36,088 bases of DNA from a virus (Duplodnaviria > Caudoviricetes): IMG/VR virus record IMGVR_UViG_3300032227_000453, positions 1 through 36,088 of that record. One strand, given 5' to 3'. The position numbers and the translations under genes are program-made. Under the pieces are notes generated by a model. The model had not been told where the DNA came from, did not search any database, and saw nothing but the letters and a program-made list of their open reading frames with translations. Within the stretch, counting starts at the first letter, position 1; each line of letters begins with the position of its first letter. Below are positions 33,850 through 36,088 of this stretch, one piece after another.

Positions 33850-36060
33850 ATGAGCGACATTCGACTTTACCCCCTGAGCAGGCTGACATCCCTCGCGCAA
33901 TACTCCGACAAGGCCATGCTGGTCGTCACGGAGGGGACTGGTAGCGCGGCTGATGCTGCTGAGGTGGCTGCTGCTATCGGGACATCGCCGGAATCCCTCA
34001 TCACTGGGGCGCAAGCGATGGACGGGACGCAAGAAATCGCATTCCGATCTGCCACGCAGACTCCCAAAATCGGATTACCAGTCGGCACGAATTTCGGACC
34101 CAGACTCATGTCCGATGCGCAGCAACAAAACCCTCAACTCCGCGTATTGTTTCTAGGTGATTCAATCTGCTACCCGCCTGATAAACACCTACGATCTGTG
34201 CTCGGTTACGGGGGATGGATGGGGTCGGTGGTGAATGGGGGAGTTAACGCGGTTCTTGCAGGTGGTGCTACAGCTACCAATTCTATTGGAACACCTAATG
34301 CCTACGCGAAATCATTTACAGGAAGTTGGGCAAACTTAGGGACTGGAACTGTGCTGTTCTCCAAGCTTGGCCCAACTCTTGGTCGTCGAGTTTTTGTTTT
34401 TTTCTGGAGTGAAACTGGTGGAGGGACTTTTACGGTCGAGTCCGATTTCAATGGCGATAGTAACTGGACAACTCTGAAGGCAGGAACCCTTACAGGTGGT
34501 GGCCTTAATGGTCAGGTTGTATCGGTAAGTGGTAACGCCACAATTAACGCCTCTGGAGTTGTTGACGCATCTGAAGGCGGGGCAACAGGAGCTTTGCGCT
34601 GTTTGATTTTTGATTTTGCAAATCCAGAATATTTAAGAATCCGTTGTAACGGATCGGGATCAACTGGATCAGCAAAAATCATCTCGGCTGGAGCGGTTGA
34701 AGTAGTGGCGAGCGGAACTAGACTGTCGGGCTACGTTGGGCTCGATTGTTCCATGGCGGGATCAACGCCCCAACAGTGGGACGATATGCCAGATCAGGCT
34801 ATTCAGACTGTAATGAACTTTTGGAACCCTGACGTTATTTATGTTCGAGGTTCTGAAACATTGACAGATTGGCAGAATTCGTTTGCTCCGCTAGCGGCAA
34901 AGTTTTTGGCTATTAAGCCGAATCTTGAGTTTGTTCTCGTGGGAATGCACGTTACTGGATCGAACAATACAAACACACTCGATAGCATCGACCAGTGGCA
35001 GCAACAGTGGTGTGACCAGAATAACGGCGTATTCATACCAGTTCGCAACAGGATGGGCACGATCGACTGGTCCATCGAAAATCGCCTCACCGGAACTGTC
35101 TTTGGTGGCGCGTTCACAGTTACGTCTGGTAGTGCGTCAACAAACATTCTCACACTATCTAACACACTCCCTGCTAATACCAACGGTAGTTGGATTATCT
35201 TGGAATCCAAGTCCGGTGGGTCAAACTTGGTTGTTGGTAGAGCTTACAGGATTCTTTCGGGCCAAGGCACAAACCAGATGATGTTGGCGGATTACAATGG
35301 AACCACGCCTATCTCGCTTGGGTCCGACGTTACGGAAGCCACCATCGGCATCCAAGATGCCCTACACATGAGTTCGGAAGGGCAGTCGTTTGTAGCTGGT
35401 ATTGTGATTGAAGCAATGAATCAGTTCTTTGTTTCTCGATTTTCGCTAAATGGGTATGCCCCCACTAACGAGGGTTGGCAGCGAAACGTAGTAACACCGG
35501 AACGTATTCAGAGTGATTCTTCTGATCGCGCATGGACTTTTGCTGGTCCGTCATACAAGCGAAGGTCCATCTCAATCGGCAACACTAACGGAAACACCGC
35601 GTTTGGTGGTTACCCAAGCGCGATGTCGATCGGGTCTTTTGGATCAAACAGTGGATACATCACTGGACCAAACTCTAGTGGAGTTGGATTTTTGTTTGAC
35701 GCCAACTTTGGGGTTTTTGGTCAGAACGTAGCGAGCGGAACGTTTAGGAGTCTTAATGCCGGTGTCAATGGTTTGACGGATTGGTTTGAAGTTTTTGGCA
35801 ATAGTAATGCCAATAATCGAAACGCTCTTGCAGTTTCTACTATTGGTAATACCGCAGCTCACGGGCCTCTTCAAGTTTGGCGCAACAACGCATCTTCTTC
35901 TTCCAAAGGCACTGAAGTTGCTCGCATGGATGCTCTAGGTCGATTCAGCCCGACGATCCCTGAATACGCGAACGATGCCGCCGCAGATGCCGATTCTGCC
36001 TTGCCATCAGGATTCCTCTACCGCGTAACGGGCAACCGAGCAGTCTTCCGTAAACCATAA
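33850..36060 (+). CDS. Tail spike/fiber with SGNH/GDSL hydrolase domain
   Basis: VLFLGDSI block I, PDVIYV, and DALH (DxxH); G/S/T/N-rich beta regions. Confidence 0.72.
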   Translation: MSDIRLYPLSRLTSLAQYSDKAMLVVTEGTGSAADAAEVAAAIGTSPESLITGAQAMDGTQEIAFRSATQTPKIGLPVGTNFGPRLMSDAQQQNPQLRVLFLGDSICYPPDKHLRSVLGYGGWMGSVVNGGVNAVLAGGATATNSIGTPNAYAKSFTGSWANLGTGTVLFSKLGPTLGRRVFVFFWSETGGGTFTVESDFNGDSNWTTLKAGTLTGGGLNGQVVSVSGNATINASGVVDASEGGATGALRCLIFDFANPEYLRIRCNGSGSTGSAKIISAGAVEVVASGTRLSGYVGLDCSMAGSTPQQWDDMPDQAIQTVMNFWNPDVIYVRGSETLTDWQNSFAPLAAKFLAIKPNLEFVLVGMHVTGSNNTNTLDSIDQWQQQWCDQNNGVFIPVRNRMGTIDWSIENRLTGTVFGGAFTVTSGSASTNILTLSNTLPANTNGSWIILESKSGGSNLVVGRAYRILSGQGTNQMMLADYNGTTPISLGSDVTEATIGIQDALHMSSEGQSFVAGIVIEAMNQFFVSRFSLNGYAPTNEGWQRNVVTPERIQSDSSDRAWTFAGPSYKRRSISIGNTNGNTAFGGYPSAMSIGSFGSNSGYITGPNSSGVGFLFDANFGVFGQNVASGTFRSLNAGVNGLTDWFEVFGNSNANNRNALAVSTIGNTAAHGPLQVWRNNASSSSKGTEVARMDALGRFSPTIPEYANDAAADADSALPSGFLYRVTGNRAVFRKP

Positions 36061-36065
36061 TGCCA

Positions 36066-36088
36066 TGACCCCCACCGACCACCTCGCC
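36066..36088 (+). CDS. Start of a gene truncated by the window edge
   Basis: ATG ACC CCC ACC GAC CAC CTC...; open to the end. Confidence 0.35.

Noticed and set aside
1-36088. Integron integrase or any tyrosine/serine recombinase
   Set aside because: No ORF of suitable size shows the R...HxxR...Y or serine-recombinase motifs; it could still lie outside the window.

Overview
This window is most of a tailed-phage (podovirus-like) genome with two divergent arms. The minus-strand early arm (~296-12817) encodes many small coupled ORFs plus a DnaC-like ATPase, RuvC-like resolvase, DNA methyltransferase, SSB-like protein, MazG-like protein, RecE-like exonuclease, ERF annealing protein and a DnaA-C-terminal-like protein. 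A ~1.1 kb non-coding control region (12818-13919) holds promoters and repeats. The plus-strand late arm (13920-end, apparently continuing at 1-305) encodes tail and ejection proteins, a PAPS-reductase-like protein, TerS, TerL, portal, scaffold, capsid, adaptor and an SGNH tail spike. The main discovery is in the early arm. It carries four well-formed integron attC sites that delimit four gene cassettes in two arrays, and each cassette's flanking R boxes are exactly complementary. No integrase is visible in the window. All cassette genes are inverted relative to attC, and their start and stop codons are built into the att sites so translational coupling survives reshuffling. A related, atypical site heads each array in the attI position. 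Protein identities come from motif recognition only; no database searches were run.
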